Made by a program: the position numbers and the translations under genes | Virus record (IMG/VR): IMGVR_UViG_3300043171_000124 | Location: 1 to 34,624 of that record | Length of the DNA: 34,624 nt | Direction: 5' to 3' (one strand) | From: a virus | Taxonomy: Duplodnaviria; Caudoviricetes | Notes under the pieces: generated by a model | What the model saw: only the letters and a program-made list of their open reading frames with translations | What the model was told of the DNA's origin: nothing | The model's database searches: none | Shown: one piece after another, positions 24,530 to 34,164 of the stretch | How positions within the stretch are numbered: position 1 is the stretch's first letter | Layout of the letters: the number at the start of each line of letters is the position of its first letter

Positions 24530-26169
24530 TTTTCAACACTCCTTAAATGGTCTGCTTCTATATCGACTTCATCTCGAAGTTCTTTTGCTGATTTATAAAT
24601 AGCTTCACCTGCTTCGTCTGTTCCTGTGTAAAGTTTTAGTTCTTTTTTTAATCTAGGTTTTAGTTCAGTAACTTTTAACTTTTGAGGCTCAAAATATACA
24701 GTGTGCTTTTCTTTTCCTTTTCCTATTATGTTGGAATAGTGCCATTTTTCAAAACCTTTATTAAGATAAAAGTCCTGCAATTCTTCAACAATCATATCTG
24801 CATCATATTTTGAAAAACCCTCTTCATATCTTAGTCTTTGAATAGCCTCTTTAATTGTCATGTTCTCTGTGTCAAACGGAAATAAGTTGCTTTTTGAAGC
24901 TAGTTCCGTGTCAATATTTAAGCCTTTTATTTCTTTAGTGCTAGTTACACCATATACTCTAACATTTTTGCTGTCTCCTAACATAGTAAATGTTTTAGCA
25001 TCTTTTATTGATGATGTCGTGTAGAAACCTGAGCCGAAATCGCCTGTTGTTTCTTTATCTCTTACTCTTAGTTCTTCCAAAGTCTGTGTAGTTCCGTGAA
25101 ATTCCTGAAAATCTTCATCAATGTCTTTTCGAGGTTTTATTTCAAAATCATCTACTTCTGAAATAACTTTAGCTTGCGCATTAGCTACTACTTCGGGATT
25201 ATGTTCAGGAACATCAGGAGCATTATTAAGTTCCCGACCTTTGGTATTGGGATTTTTTATCTCTGTAACTTCTGTACCAAACTCTGTTTTATGTAAATTT
25301 TCCACATGAGATGAAGCGTCTTCTGTTACTTGTGTAGATACAAGACGCTCATAGTCTTCGCCCAACTCAGGGTCCTTAATCTTTAAAGCTTTTATGCCGC
25401 TTGATGTTAAATCAAATGCTGCACTACTTGTACCTCTAAATAATCCTGCGGTGGCTATACTTGATACTGCTGTTGTTGCTTCTGATAAGATAGAAGTTTT
25501 TATCCCTAATTCTTTTTTAAACGAATATACTTCTGGGGCAATACTTGACTGTGCAAGCGTTTCAATACCCATTTCTTCAAAAGCTGCTCTACTTGCATTT
25601 TGTATTATTGTTCCGCCTGCTTTCCATGTTCCAAGAGGGAAAGTTTGAAGAGTTTTAATGTCAGTTAAAGCACCGCCTGCTGTACCAATCATCTCCATTC
25701 CCCAATAATCAGATTCTTCTAATACTTTGTTTGTTTCTGCGTATTCAGTATTTGCTTTTACTAATATCTCTTCATTAATATCATTAAAGTTTTTAAGACC
25801 TTGATTTTTTTGTAGCTCTTTCATTTTCAAGAAGTCTTGTGTTAAAAAAATATCTGCATTAAAAGGGTTTGTTTGTATAAAACCTTCAACCATCTCAGGG
25901 TTTGTTTCGTACAATGCCTCAAGTTTATCAATATCTCTTACATCATAGTTTGATACTCTTTTGTAAAGGTCAGCGTTATCAGGGTCTTTAGAAGTCCATT
26001 CTTTGCTTGTGGCTTCCATTACTTCTTTATAATGTTTATCTTTTGAATTAGATTGACTAACTGCTACAAAGTTATTGTAAGCAGCTTGTATTGTTTCTAT
26101 TCTTGATGGCTCGTGAGTATATTCTTTTATTCCAGAAGCATCATTGAGTTCTGTTTCAGTAAATACCAT
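24514..26169 (-). CDS. Internal virion (ejection) protein with ADP-ribosyltransferase-like insert
   Basis: 551 aa in the ejection cluster; Gly/Ala-rich middle; FHGT...DFGSGFYTT..AKTF in the C-terminal third. Confidence 0.7.
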   Translation of the reverse strand: MVFTETELNDASGIKEYTHEPSRIETIQAAYNNFVAVSQSNSKDKHYKEVMEATSKEWTSKDPDNADLYKRVSNYDVRDIDKLEALYETNPEMVEGFIQTNPFNADIFLTQDFLKMKELQKNQGLKNFNDINEEILVKANTEYAETNKVLEESDYWGMEMIGTAGGALTDIKTLQTFPLGTWKAGGTIIQNASRAAFEEMGIETLAQSSIAPEVYSFKKELGIKTSILSEATTAVSSIATAGLFRGTSSAAFDLTSSGIKALKIKDPELGEDYERLVSTQVTEDASSHVENLHKTEFGTEVTEIKNPNTKGRELNNAPDVPEHNPEVVANAQAKVISEVDDFEIKPRKDIDEDFQEFHGTTQTLEELRVRDKETTGDFGSGFYTTSSIKDAKTFTMLGDSKNVRVYGVTSTKEIKGLNIDTELASKSNLFPFDTENMTIKEAIQRLRYEEGFSKYDADMIVEELQDFYLNKGFEKWHYSNIIGKGKEKHTVYFEPQKLKVTELKPRLKKELKLYTGTDEAGEAIYKSAKELRDEVDIEADHLRSVEKCLLK

Positions 26170-28224
26170 TTACTTCTCCAATATGATTGGATTCTTGTTA
26201 GAATCTTGTAGCACATTGCCCATTGTATCATAGAAAGCATATCTATTATTGCCAACAGATGTTATCCTCACTCTGTTTCCTCTGATAAAAAGCAATGCTT
26301 GATCTGGTGTCATGCCAGCAACATTTTTAAAATCTTCAGGAGATAGCGTCTCGTCTCTCCATTCTTCAAATTCATCTTTTGTTGTATTATCTGGCAAAAA
26401 GAAGTCTTGTCTATTAATGCTATGCAACCCGTTTGTTATATCTGATAAAACGCTTCTTTCTTGTTTACCTTTAAGATCAGTTATATCCCCTCTTTGTTCT
26501 GCTAAGAAAACTGAATAAGCAAGAGATGAATCTACTAGTGATTTCATATCATCAGCGTTGCCTTTAACAAAAGCATTTCCTACCTTACTAAGAATTGTTT
26601 TTCTAAACTCTTTTATGTAATCTTGATTTCCTATTGTTCTTAATAATTCTTGACCTCTTAAAACACCTACTGCTATTTCTTCTTTGCCTTCAACAGTAAG
26701 ACTGGCTGTATATGTGAACACACTTGCGCCCTTCTTTCTAAGTTGTTGCATTACTGCATCTACTTTTGTTGGTGCTGTCGTTACAATCATTTCGATAAAG
26801 TCTATTTTTTCAGATATTGGAGTGTCTGCACTCTCTAGATAAGCACTCCATTCCGAAGCTTCTCCATCAGTGAATAGCTGTGTAGCATTTTTCCCATACT
26901 CTATTTTGTTTTTAGTTTGGTTTTTTGCACGATTTCCCAATTCTCTTAATATTCCAGGAAAACCATCAGCCACACCCATAGGAACTAATGGTTTTGAATC
27001 TCCTCTCATTACACTTAATGTTTGAGGGTCTTTCTTCGCCATAGATTTTGTAAAAGCTATATTCTTTTTAATAGCATCTCTTACTTTTACTGCTGCGCTA
27101 TCTATAATATCAACGCTTTCTAATTCTGCATAAATTGCTTCTTTTTCAGCTATTGTTTTATCATCAAACTTTTTCATAAATTCGTATGCTTCATCTTGCA
27201 CTTCATACTCATCTTGTTTTGATAAAGAGGCGTAAGGCTTTAAAGCTTCTGCTTCTTTCACAAGTGCTGCTGGTGGTTCTTTTCCTATGGCTCTTATCTC
27301 ATTAACTTTTTTTATAACAAGATTGGCTCTTTCTTTATAATCTACCTTATCAGCTTTGTTGCTTTTCACTTCAGCATTTAAATCTCTTTGCATCTCGTCT
27401 GCAAGTTTTTCTCTTTGTTCGTCTGTGTAGCCCTCAACATCAGAAGTTCTAAATGATTCTATATAGTCATTACTTCCTTGTAAATCTCCATCTTGAATAT
27501 GCTTATCATTTATACCTTTAAACATTGCAGTTGATGAAGCGAATTTTATGTCTGCTACACCTTTTCTATGTTGTTCTGCTGTGATTGTACCAGCTTCTAG
27601 TGATGATTTTAAAGCTTTTTCCCCTTTATCCATCTCATACAGCGCTAAGTCGAAGTTTCCTTCTCTTGATGCCTTAGAAGCGTTCTGAGTAGACAGTAAA
27701 AATAGTTCGTTTGTAAGTGCTAAATCTTTTTCTTTGTCTAATTTAATTCTGTTATTATTTACTTGTCCTGCGAAATGAGCTTTGTTTGCTTCAAAGTCTA
27801 TTGCATATTCTGCTTTTAAACGGTCTGGTAATAGTTCAGAAGTCTTGTTATACATCTCATCAGTAGCTTCTTTAAATGCTACGGGATTGTTTTTAAATTT
27901 ATTATATGTTTCTTCAAACTTAACACCGGTGTCAATAGCTAATTGTTTTTTATGCATATTGTTAAGGGCATTAGTATATGTTTGCCCGTATACTGTCATC
28001 TCTTCATTTACTTTCGCTTGCATACCTCTTTGTGCAAAAGCTTGTTCTGCATCTTGTTTTGCTTGGACTTCTGTTTCTTTAGCATATCTATCTATAGCTA
28101 TTCCTGCAAAAACATCTATTCTATCAGCTAATGTACCAAACATTTGTGCTTTCGCTCTTTGTGCGATTCCTCCGCCTGTTTGGGGAGTTGGTCTTGGTGC
28201 TTTGTATCTTGGTAATTCAGCCAT
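26170..28224 (-). CDS. Internal virion (ejection) protein
   Basis: 684 aa, helical, MAELPRY N-terminus; position equivalent to T7 gp15. Confidence 0.72.
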   Translation of the reverse strand: MAELPRYKAPRPTPQTGGGIAQRAKAQMFGTLADRIDVFAGIAIDRYAKETEVQAKQDAEQAFAQRGMQAKVNEEMTVYGQTYTNALNNMHKKQLAIDTGVKFEETYNKFKNNPVAFKEATDEMYNKTSELLPDRLKAEYAIDFEANKAHFAGQVNNNRIKLDKEKDLALTNELFLLSTQNASKASREGNFDLALYEMDKGEKALKSSLEAGTITAEQHRKGVADIKFASSTAMFKGINDKHIQDGDLQGSNDYIESFRTSDVEGYTDEQREKLADEMQRDLNAEVKSNKADKVDYKERANLVIKKVNEIRAIGKEPPAALVKEAEALKPYASLSKQDEYEVQDEAYEFMKKFDDKTIAEKEAIYAELESVDIIDSAAVKVRDAIKKNIAFTKSMAKKDPQTLSVMRGDSKPLVPMGVADGFPGILRELGNRAKNQTKNKIEYGKNATQLFTDGEASEWSAYLESADTPISEKIDFIEMIVTTAPTKVDAVMQQLRKKGASVFTYTASLTVEGKEEIAVGVLRGQELLRTIGNQDYIKEFRKTILSKVGNAFVKGNADDMKSLVDSSLAYSVFLAEQRGDITDLKGKQERSVLSDITNGLHSINRQDFFLPDNTTKDEFEEWRDETLSPEDFKNVAGMTPDQALLFIRGNRVRITSVGNNRYAFYDTMGNVLQDSNKNPIILEK

Positions 28225-28236
28225 TAAAATTCCTTA

Positions 28237-28659
28237 CTAATATAATCTGTCTGATGCACGAGCTAATTTTGGTCCAGTTGAAGTTACTTTTGCGCCACCG
28301 ATTTGAGAAAATGCGTAAGCTGTCGTTCCTGCTTCAAATAACCCTTTAAGCATAGAGGTTTGTTCTGCTCGTCTGCCCGTTGCTCTTAAGGAAGCTGCTT
28401 TAGCTTTACCGCCTGCTTTAATCATAGCAATATCTTCCCCGGCTCTTGCTATATCAGCTTTTCTTATCGCTAGTGGTGAACCTTCTCCCGCTGCTCTACC
28501 ACCTGCACCTGTGATAACAGCTTGCATTGCTAAAGCGTCCTGTAGCATTTCACGTCTTTCAAGTTCAGAGGCTTTTGCTTCCATTCCTACTTGTTGTGCT
28601 TCAATATCATAACCTTTTCTTTGCGACCTTGCGCCCAACATTGTTGGAATTCCACCCAT
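28237..28659 (-). CDS. Small internal virion protein (T7 gp14-like position)
   Basis: Ala/Gly-rich, 140 aa, AGG...EGSP motif; follows the tail nozzle. Confidence 0.7.
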   Translation of the reverse strand: MGGIPTMLGARSQRKGYDIEAQQVGMEAKASELERREMLQDALAMQAVITGAGGRAAGEGSPLAIRKADIARAGEDIAMIKAGGKAKAASLRATGRRAEQTSMLKGLFEAGTTAYAFSQIGGAKVTSTGPKLARASDRLY

Positions 28660-28668
28660 AATATCTCC

Positions 28669-30453
28669 TTAATACTCTATTTCACTATCTATGCCCAATA
28701 GGACAAACGGAAGTGGATTTTGTTGCGTTACTGTTACTTCTACTAACCTATCTGTATAACCGAATAAGTAAATCTCGTGAATTCCAGTAAAAGGTTCAGG
28801 TGCTTCATCTAATACAACCGTAAACTGTCTATCGCTTAAATAGTTGTGCATTACATAAACACCAAGACTCTCATTTAAGTGTAGTATTACACGATTAACT
28901 CTTTTTCTTAGATTTACAATAGGACCGTTTTCAGAAGTATCTACATTTAGAGGCAGAGTTTTTACAACTACATCATAATCTAAACCGACTTCTAAAGCAT
29001 AAGCATCTCTTGAAATATCAACGTGGTTTAAATCAGTTCCATCATCAACAAAAGTTGCATCTGGCATAATCGAACCATCTGCTATAACCTTAAAAGTAAG
29101 AGTTAATAGTAATTCTTTATAATCAGTTGTAATGCTTGTCACCGCAACACCTGTTGAAAAGTCAGTCCATGTTACATTATCACCGTTAAAAGTTACATTA
29201 TCTGCTCCATACACAACATTATAGGTCGTTGGTTTAGTTCCAATTATGTGTACATTATGATCTGTAAAAGTTCCCTCTGCTAGCATCTCTATAAATATTT
29301 CGCCTTCTCTTTCTACTAAGAAGTAAGTCTCTTTATCTACTACTGCAACATCTTCAAATGTTCCTTGTGTGGTCCATTTAGTCCAACCTCTGATGTCCTC
29401 GTGTCTCATAGAGTTCATAACTGCTACTGTGCCATCACCGTTTACTACATATACAAAGTCAGATATGTCTGTGGCTGTTCCTCTTATGGTTGAGATTGAG
29501 CGAATATCATTTAACAGGTGTGAAGATAAAAGAGAAGCGTTTAAGGAAACATAACTGTCCTCATTAAAACTCCACATAAACTGTCTAATGGTTCTTCCTG
29601 AACTATCAACAAAGAGAGTTGCACCATCAACTGAAATAGGTTTCTCTTTCTTTGCTCCATAACTTGTTTGCCTTAACCAGCTTGAATCAGTAGGAGTTAT
29701 CAGTTTAGAAGTGTTGTAAAACTCTCCGCCTGATGTAAACACTTGCAAGTTACGTCCTGAAAAAATACCATTGATTGCGTTAAATTGGTCAGTATCCAAT
29801 GTGTCAAAGATTGCCTCATCTGCTGCGCCTGTTCCTACATTAAAGTTAAAAAAGTCATTAACTACTGAACCCCAAACAGAGTTTATTTTATCTCTAGAAC
29901 CACCAAAATATAAGCGTCCTTGATGAAAAGTAGCCGTTCTTGGCCATCCTCTAGTAGCACTCCAAACATCTTCATCTCCTGATCCAAAATTAAATTGTGG
30001 TACATTTGTCAAAGAGATTGTCGTTAAAGTCCAGTTAGTATCGCTTCCTGCTCTTTGAAGCTGTCTTGGTGCGTGTTCTTCATGTACTAATATCATTGTG
30101 TCTGCTGATTGGATTACATCAACTTCTCTAACTTGTTCTATTGTAGTATATGGACTTACTTCAGTAGATTTTAACTCACCATCTTTAAATATCTTCACCA
30201 CTAGAGGATACATAAGGATTAAGTAGCTTTGAGTAGAAGAGAAAACAAATGACTCTATTCTCGCGTCTTGTCCTACATAAGAATCGGTTATTTTCGCAAG
30301 TCCTGGTCTGCGTCTTACTCCACCGTGAGGAAGGATAACAACGTTCTCAGCTTCAGTTAGACCATTATAATACTTATTTATATCAATACGACCTCTAAGA
30401 GTAGGAGCGATTGCACCTGCTGTCATATTTGACTGAATAAGTCTGCGCTTCAT
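28669..30453 (-). CDS. Tail tubular protein B (nozzle, T7 gp12-like)
   Basis: QSNMTAGAIAP.LRGR.D, PHGGVRRRPG, QSADTM, GWPRTATFHQGRLYFGG, WGSVVNDFFNF. Confidence 0.92.
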   Translation of the reverse strand: MKRRLIQSNMTAGAIAPTLRGRIDINKYYNGLTEAENVVILPHGGVRRRPGLAKITDSYVGQDARIESFVFSSTQSYLILMYPLVVKIFKDGELKSTEVSPYTTIEQVREVDVIQSADTMILVHEEHAPRQLQRAGSDTNWTLTTISLTNVPQFNFGSGDEDVWSATRGWPRTATFHQGRLYFGGSRDKINSVWGSVVNDFFNFNVGTGAADEAIFDTLDTDQFNAINGIFSGRNLQVFTSGGEFYNTSKLITPTDSSWLRQTSYGAKKEKPISVDGATLFVDSSGRTIRQFMWSFNEDSYVSLNASLLSSHLLNDIRSISTIRGTATDISDFVYVVNGDGTVAVMNSMRHEDIRGWTKWTTQGTFEDVAVVDKETYFLVEREGEIFIEMLAEGTFTDHNVHIIGTKPTTYNVVYGADNVTFNGDNVTWTDFSTGVAVTSITTDYKELLLTLTFKVIADGSIMPDATFVDDGTDLNHVDISRDAYALEVGLDYDVVVKTLPLNVDTSENGPIVNLRKRVNRVILHLNESLGVYVMHNYLSDRQFTVVLDEAPEPFTGIHEIYLFGYTDRLVEVTVTQQNPLPFVLLGIDSEIEY

Positions 30454-31013
30454 TAGAATCTCACTTGCGTATAAGGACTTTGAGAAAAAGTGTCACCTGG
30501 TCTTTGAGTAGAATCGGCAAACTTTGCTCTTTTTAGTTGCATTTCATACATACTTGCATAGTAATCTGCTCTTGTAGTGTTTCCAACTACCGGAATTGCT
30601 AACTGTGAAGCCATAAAGAACTCAAAAGCTTTTATAAAATAAGGAGGAAGATTATCCTCATTTACTCTGTGAATGTAATCAATCTCTTCTGTTATATTAT
30701 TACTATGTAATTCACTTCCATATACCTCGTAATCAAAACCTACATCTTTTCTAATAAGATAAAGTATGTCATTTGGTAATTGGAACTTATAAGTGAATCC
30801 ATTTAAAGGTGTACCGGATAGTCTTGCTAACTCTGCTTTTTTAGTTGCAAATCTCCATCTGTGAATAGTCAACATATTCAAGTATGATTGTTCATAAAGA
30901 TTTGATGCTGCTTGCGCTCCTGCTCCAGGTTCTTCAAAAGAAGCAATCGGTGGATGCCCTAAAAGTATAAGAGCATTAGAACTTATCTGTATAGCGGATG
31001 TTGAACCAGCCAT
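30453..31013 (-). CDS. Tail tubular protein A (adaptor, T7 gp11-like)
   Basis: ISSNALILLG..PIASF...HRWRFATKKAEL...FQLPND; upstream of the nozzle. Confidence 0.9.
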   Translation of the reverse strand: MAGSTSAIQISSNALILLGHPPIASFEEPGAGAQAASNLYEQSYLNMLTIHRWRFATKKAELARLSGTPLNGFTYKFQLPNDILYLIRKDVGFDYEVYGSELHSNNITEEIDYIHRVNEDNLPPYFIKAFEFFMASQLAIPVVGNTTRADYYASMYEMQLKRAKFADSTQRPGDTFSQSPYTQVRF

Positions 31014-31014
31014 T

Positions 31015-31224
31015 TTATACCTCGCTTAGTCCTGCGATTGTCGTATCAGGCTCTACTTTAAATACTGTTCCATTCTTTGCTGTACCCGTAAGTTCTTCAA
31101 AGACTGCATACTCTTTAGTTACTATACCGTTTAGTGTAGCACCTGCCACAACAGAATCTGCTTTGTAAGCAACAGCGTTTGTCGCATCGTTTACCAATTT
31201 GAATTTAACATGATAGTTAGCCAT
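31015..31224 (-). CDS. Small structural/hypothetical protein
   Basis: 69 aa, SD AAGGAG, between the capsid decoration gene and the adaptor. Confidence 0.7.
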   Translation of the reverse strand: MANYHVKFKLVNDATNAVAYKADSVVAGATLNGIVTKEYAVFEELTGTAKNGTVFKVEPDTTIAGLSEV

Positions 31225-31246
31225 TTTATCTCCTTGTAGATTAATT

Positions 31247-31269
31247 GGAATAGCCCGAAGGCTACTCTG
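31247..31269 (-). terminator. C(UUCG)G hairpin after the capsid genes (partial terminator or mRNA stabiliser)
   Basis: Minus strand AGAGTAGCC-TTCG-GGCTATTCC; no strong U-tract follows. Confidence 0.6.
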
Positions 31270-31277
31270 TTAAGCTA

Positions 31278-31535
31278 TTAAGCTCCTAGTGTGAAGCCTG
31301 TAACAACAACATCTGCTGCTGAAATAGAAACAACATACAGTAAAACTGGTGCTGTGTCAGATGTTGATGCAATAATTTGGTCATCAACTGCTAAAAGGCC
31401 TGCAATACCATCAAAAAAGCTATCAGCGATTACTTCTGCTTTTGTGTTAGTTGAACCCTTATATGTGAAAATCTTAGGGGCAGCGTTACCTGCACCCATA
31501 CTTGAATACCCTACTAATGTTCTGTCAAATGCCAT
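31278..31535 (-). CDS. Putative capsid decoration/cement protein
   Basis: 85 aa, beta-rich, directly after the major capsid gene. Confidence 0.65.
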   Translation of the reverse strand: MAFDRTLVGYSSMGAGNAAPKIFTYKGSTNTKAEVIADSFFDGIAGLLAVDDQIIASTSDTAPVLLYVVSISAADVVVTGFTLGA

Positions 31536-31545
31536 TACTTACTCC

Positions 31546-32376
31546 TTAAGTGTAGTCTGCGTCAACCGCTACAATACCTTCTGAATCAATAGCGATAGAC
31601 CCAGCTTGCCACATACCCATAGATAACCACGATTTTTTGTGTGCTACATAATCAACTCTTGTTGTCATGTCAATGCTTACTGCGTGACCGATAGCTGATT
31701 TGTGAAATGCAAAGTTAGTGAATACATCACCACCTGCTTCAGGTAAACCACCCTCAACACGAGTACCGATAACTTTAAAAGTGAATCCTAAGAAAGTGTT
31801 TACCTCTCCATGTACTAAAGCTTTCACTGCTGCATAGTCTGAACTTGTAACTTCTGTTTGCTCTAATAGAGAATCAAGACCTTGATGATCTGTTAAGAAG
31901 TAACGGTCTTCCATTGGTGCTTCAACTGCATTTAATGCTTTAGCTGCTGAACGAATCTTAGCAACTAATAGTTTAGTACCGCCTGCTGCTACTGTTGAAC
32001 CAGCGCCTGCATCTAGTGCATCTATAATTGACTGATCGTCACGTCTACCCATTGCACCTGCTGTTGTTTCCGCTAATTCACGAACCTCATCAAAGTTCAC
32101 TTCTGCTTGATTATAAATATCCGTATATTCCGGAGCTTCATAACCTACAAGAGTAGCTACTTTTAAACTGTGAGCGATGTCCATTGGAACAACATCTGCT
32201 GATGGTCCATTTGTTTGTGTCGCTGCACCTTTACCCATTAGACGGAAATCATATTTGTCTCCGACAACTCCTGTTCTTAGCCTTACACATTCACGAAGTG
32301 TTTGCTTACCTTGATATGCGTGTTTAACTTCAGAATCAAACTGTTCTGCTGCTACTGCGCTTAAATTAACTGACAT
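31546..32376 (-). CDS. Major capsid protein (BPP-1 Bbp17-like)
   Basis: QFDSEVKHAYQ, AMGRRDDQSIIDAL, EVTSSDYAAVKALVHGEVNTFLGFTF, AFHKSAIG. Confidence 0.93.
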   Translation of the reverse strand: MSVNLSAVAAEQFDSEVKHAYQGKQTLRECVRLRTGVVGDKYDFRLMGKGAATQTNGPSADVVPMDIAHSLKVATLVGYEAPEYTDIYNQAEVNFDEVRELAETTAGAMGRRDDQSIIDALDAGAGSTVAAGGTKLLVAKIRSAAKALNAVEAPMEDRYFLTDHQGLDSLLEQTEVTSSDYAAVKALVHGEVNTFLGFTFKVIGTRVEGGLPEAGGDVFTNFAFHKSAIGHAVSIDMTTRVDYVAHKKSWLSMGMWQAGSIAIDSEGIVAVDADYT

Positions 32377-32547
32377 GCTAATTCCTTTTTGATAAAATAG
32401 TTTTTGAAATATTGCTGGGAGTGTTTTGGGTATCTCCTGACAATTCAGGAGGTCATCGCACTCAGCGACAAACTTCTAAACTAATCAGGCTCTTTTGAAG
32501 AGGTATCTGTTGTTTATCTGTTTAGGATATTTCTTAAACTAATTATA
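32377..32547 (-). promoter_or_regulatory. Capsid promoter (TATAAT 32547-32542) and structured ~160-nt 5' UTR
   Basis: Two hairpins, each flanked by AGATACC (32486-32509 and 32428-32454), plus an enclosing stem. Confidence 0.6.
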
Positions 32548-32605
32548 CACTTTATTTTAATTTAATAGTATGTGTGTTAAAGTACCTACGATTGAAGGAG
32601 AAGAG

Positions 32606-32899
32606 ATGGCTAAAATTAGCATGACCAAAGAAGAAGAGTTTTTAAACTACATAATTAAACATATCTCTATTGCTTTTGATGTTTCGACGCTCGGGACAGA
32701 ACTTAGATTAAGTCTTGATGAGAATAAACTGCTTGATGTAGCTTCTCGTATTGCCAGTGAAGCGATTGACTTTACCGGAAAAGGTATTGACAAAGTTCAT
32801 ATAAGAATTGGCGATTATGATTTAAAAGCAAAAATGAAAACAGAGACAAGGCATACCAACCATAAGATAGGGTTTGTAAAGGAAGATAATGAACAATAA
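32606..32899 (+). CDS. Hypothetical protein (opposite-strand cassette)
   Basis: SD AAGGAG before ATG 32606. Confidence 0.7.
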   Translation: MAKISMTKEEEFLNYIIKHISIAFDVSTLGTELRLSLDENKLLDVASRIASEAIDFTGKGIDKVHIRIGDYDLKAKMKTETRHTNHKIGFVKEDNEQ

Positions 32900-33032
32900 A
32901 ACAGAAGCAGTAAAAGTAACTCTTCGCCCAACACAAATAAAAAAGGTTCTAAGAGTTGCTAAAAAAGACTATGAGGGTAACTTTAGCTTGACTTTAAGAG
33001 TTATGATTGATAAGTTTGAAGAAGAAAAATGA
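32889..33032 (+). CDS. Putative ribbon-helix-helix regulator (47 aa, not in ORF track)
   Basis: MNNKTEAVKVTLRPTQIKKVLRVAKKDYEGNFSLTLRVMIDKFEEEK fits a beta-helix-GxxS-helix pattern. Confidence 0.6.
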   Translation: MNNKTEAVKVTLRPTQIKKVLRVAKKDYEGNFSLTLRVMIDKFEEEK

Positions 33033-33127
33033 TTAGATGGTTTTTAAATTTAAACGATGGTCAACAACAAACGGTATTTGTCGCTGCTGTGTTGGTTGTT
33101 TTTTTAATTACGTGGATAATAAAATGA
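33029..33127 (+). CDS. 32-aa single-pass membrane peptide (not in ORF track)
   Basis: MIRWFLNLNDGQQQTVFVAAVLVVFLITWIIK; ATGA-coupled on both sides. Confidence 0.6.
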   Translation: MIRWFLNLNDGQQQTVFVAAVLVVFLITWIIK

Positions 33128-33381
33128 CTAGAGAAGAATACGACAGCTTATTAGATTATCATTTTCAATATGACGATGAAAGTAAAATAATTGAAGCTCA
33201 GCAATATGTAAAAGAGTTGGAAGCTAAAATAGAAGAGTCTGATAAAAACTCTCATAAAAGTTGTAATAACTGCAAAAGCTTTCCTTACTTTTGCTCTGTT
33301 GGAACAGCAATAGAGATAAACGAACTTAGAGACTTGGATGATTTTTGGTGTGGAGAATGGAAAATAAAGGAAGAGGAATAA
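33124..33381 (+). CDS. Hypothetical protein with C-terminal CxxC...C...FxCxxW module
   Basis: ATG 33124 coupled to the upstream stop; ends KSCNNC...FCSV...FWCGEWK. Confidence 0.65.
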   Translation: MTREEYDSLLDYHFQYDDESKIIEAQQYVKELEAKIEESDKNSHKSCNNCKSFPYFCSVGTAIEINELRDLDDFWCGEWKIKEEE

Positions 33382-33385
33382 CCCT

Positions 33386-34093
33386 CTATCCTTGCGCTAA
33401 AAGTTTAGCACTGTAGTCTTCTACTTTCTTTCTGTAAGAAGGGTCGTTCATCTTTCTGTTTTTATACTCATCCATAGCAAACTGCATTTTATGCAACTCT
33501 TCTTTATTGTATGTCTTAACAGGAGCAGCGACTTGTTCACTTGCGAGTGTAGTCTTTTTAGTCATACCGATAAACGCTTCGATAAGTTCTACTCCTCCAG
33601 GTTGGTCTTTAGCTAAATCAAGTAAACCTTTAGTTCTATCATCAACCTCCAAGTTAGCATTAATAAAATCATCTATGTTTTGGATTCTCTCATTAGCATT
33701 AGCACCTAAATCTTTTTTAACTTGATCTGATTGCGCTTGCATATCTTCTTGGTTTGCTCTCTCATTGTTTAAAAGAACATTAACTAAGTTTTGATAACCC
33801 TCGTTAGATAAGTTATTCTCTTTACCGTAAGCCTGAATTTCTGCAAGTATTGGATGTTCGTTATTAATCTCTGTGCCTTCTGCAAGACTGTATTCATCTG
33901 GGCTTCCACTAAACGAGCCGAATTTTGATTGTAGATTCTCATAGCCTTTCTCCAATTCTGAAACTGATGTATATTTACCATTTGCATATTTGGTGACTTG
34001 CTCTGTAGATTCTCCGGTATCTGTAACAGTAGTGGATTCTGTTGAAGCACTTTGTGAAGTTTGTTCTGTCTGGGTCGTAGTATTATTTTCCAC
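33386..34093 (-). CDS. Capsid assembly scaffolding protein (T7 gp9-like)
   Basis: Acidic T/E-rich N-terminus, NGKYTSVSELEKGYENLQSKFG, C-terminal DPSYRKKVE. Confidence 0.88.
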   Translation of the reverse strand: MENNTTTQTEQTSQSASTESTTVTDTGESTEQVTKYANGKYTSVSELEKGYENLQSKFGSFSGSPDEYSLAEGTEINNEHPILAEIQAYGKENNLSNEGYQNLVNVLLNNERANQEDMQAQSDQVKKDLGANANERIQNIDDFINANLEVDDRTKGLLDLAKDQPGGVELIEAFIGMTKKTTLASEQVAAPVKTYNKEELHKMQFAMDEYKNRKMNDPSYRKKVEDYSAKLLAQG

Positions 34094-34164
34094 GAGTATC
34101 CTTTTTTATGAAGTATTGTACATAAGTACAAACTAATGCTCTCCTAAGAGAACACTATTTGCGC

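Noticed and set aside
218-31584. Numerous + strand ORFs inside minus-strand genes (e.g. 218..481, 2608..2838, 3515..3880, 6490..6939, 20521..21060, 22217..23684, 25121..28349, 29369..29554, 31291..31584)
   Set aside because: Antisense shadows of well-supported genes, with unnatural composition and no SD.
33784-34131. 115-aa minus-strand ORF overlapping the scaffold gene
   Set aside because: Alternative frame of the well-supported scaffold gene, without its own SD or motifs.
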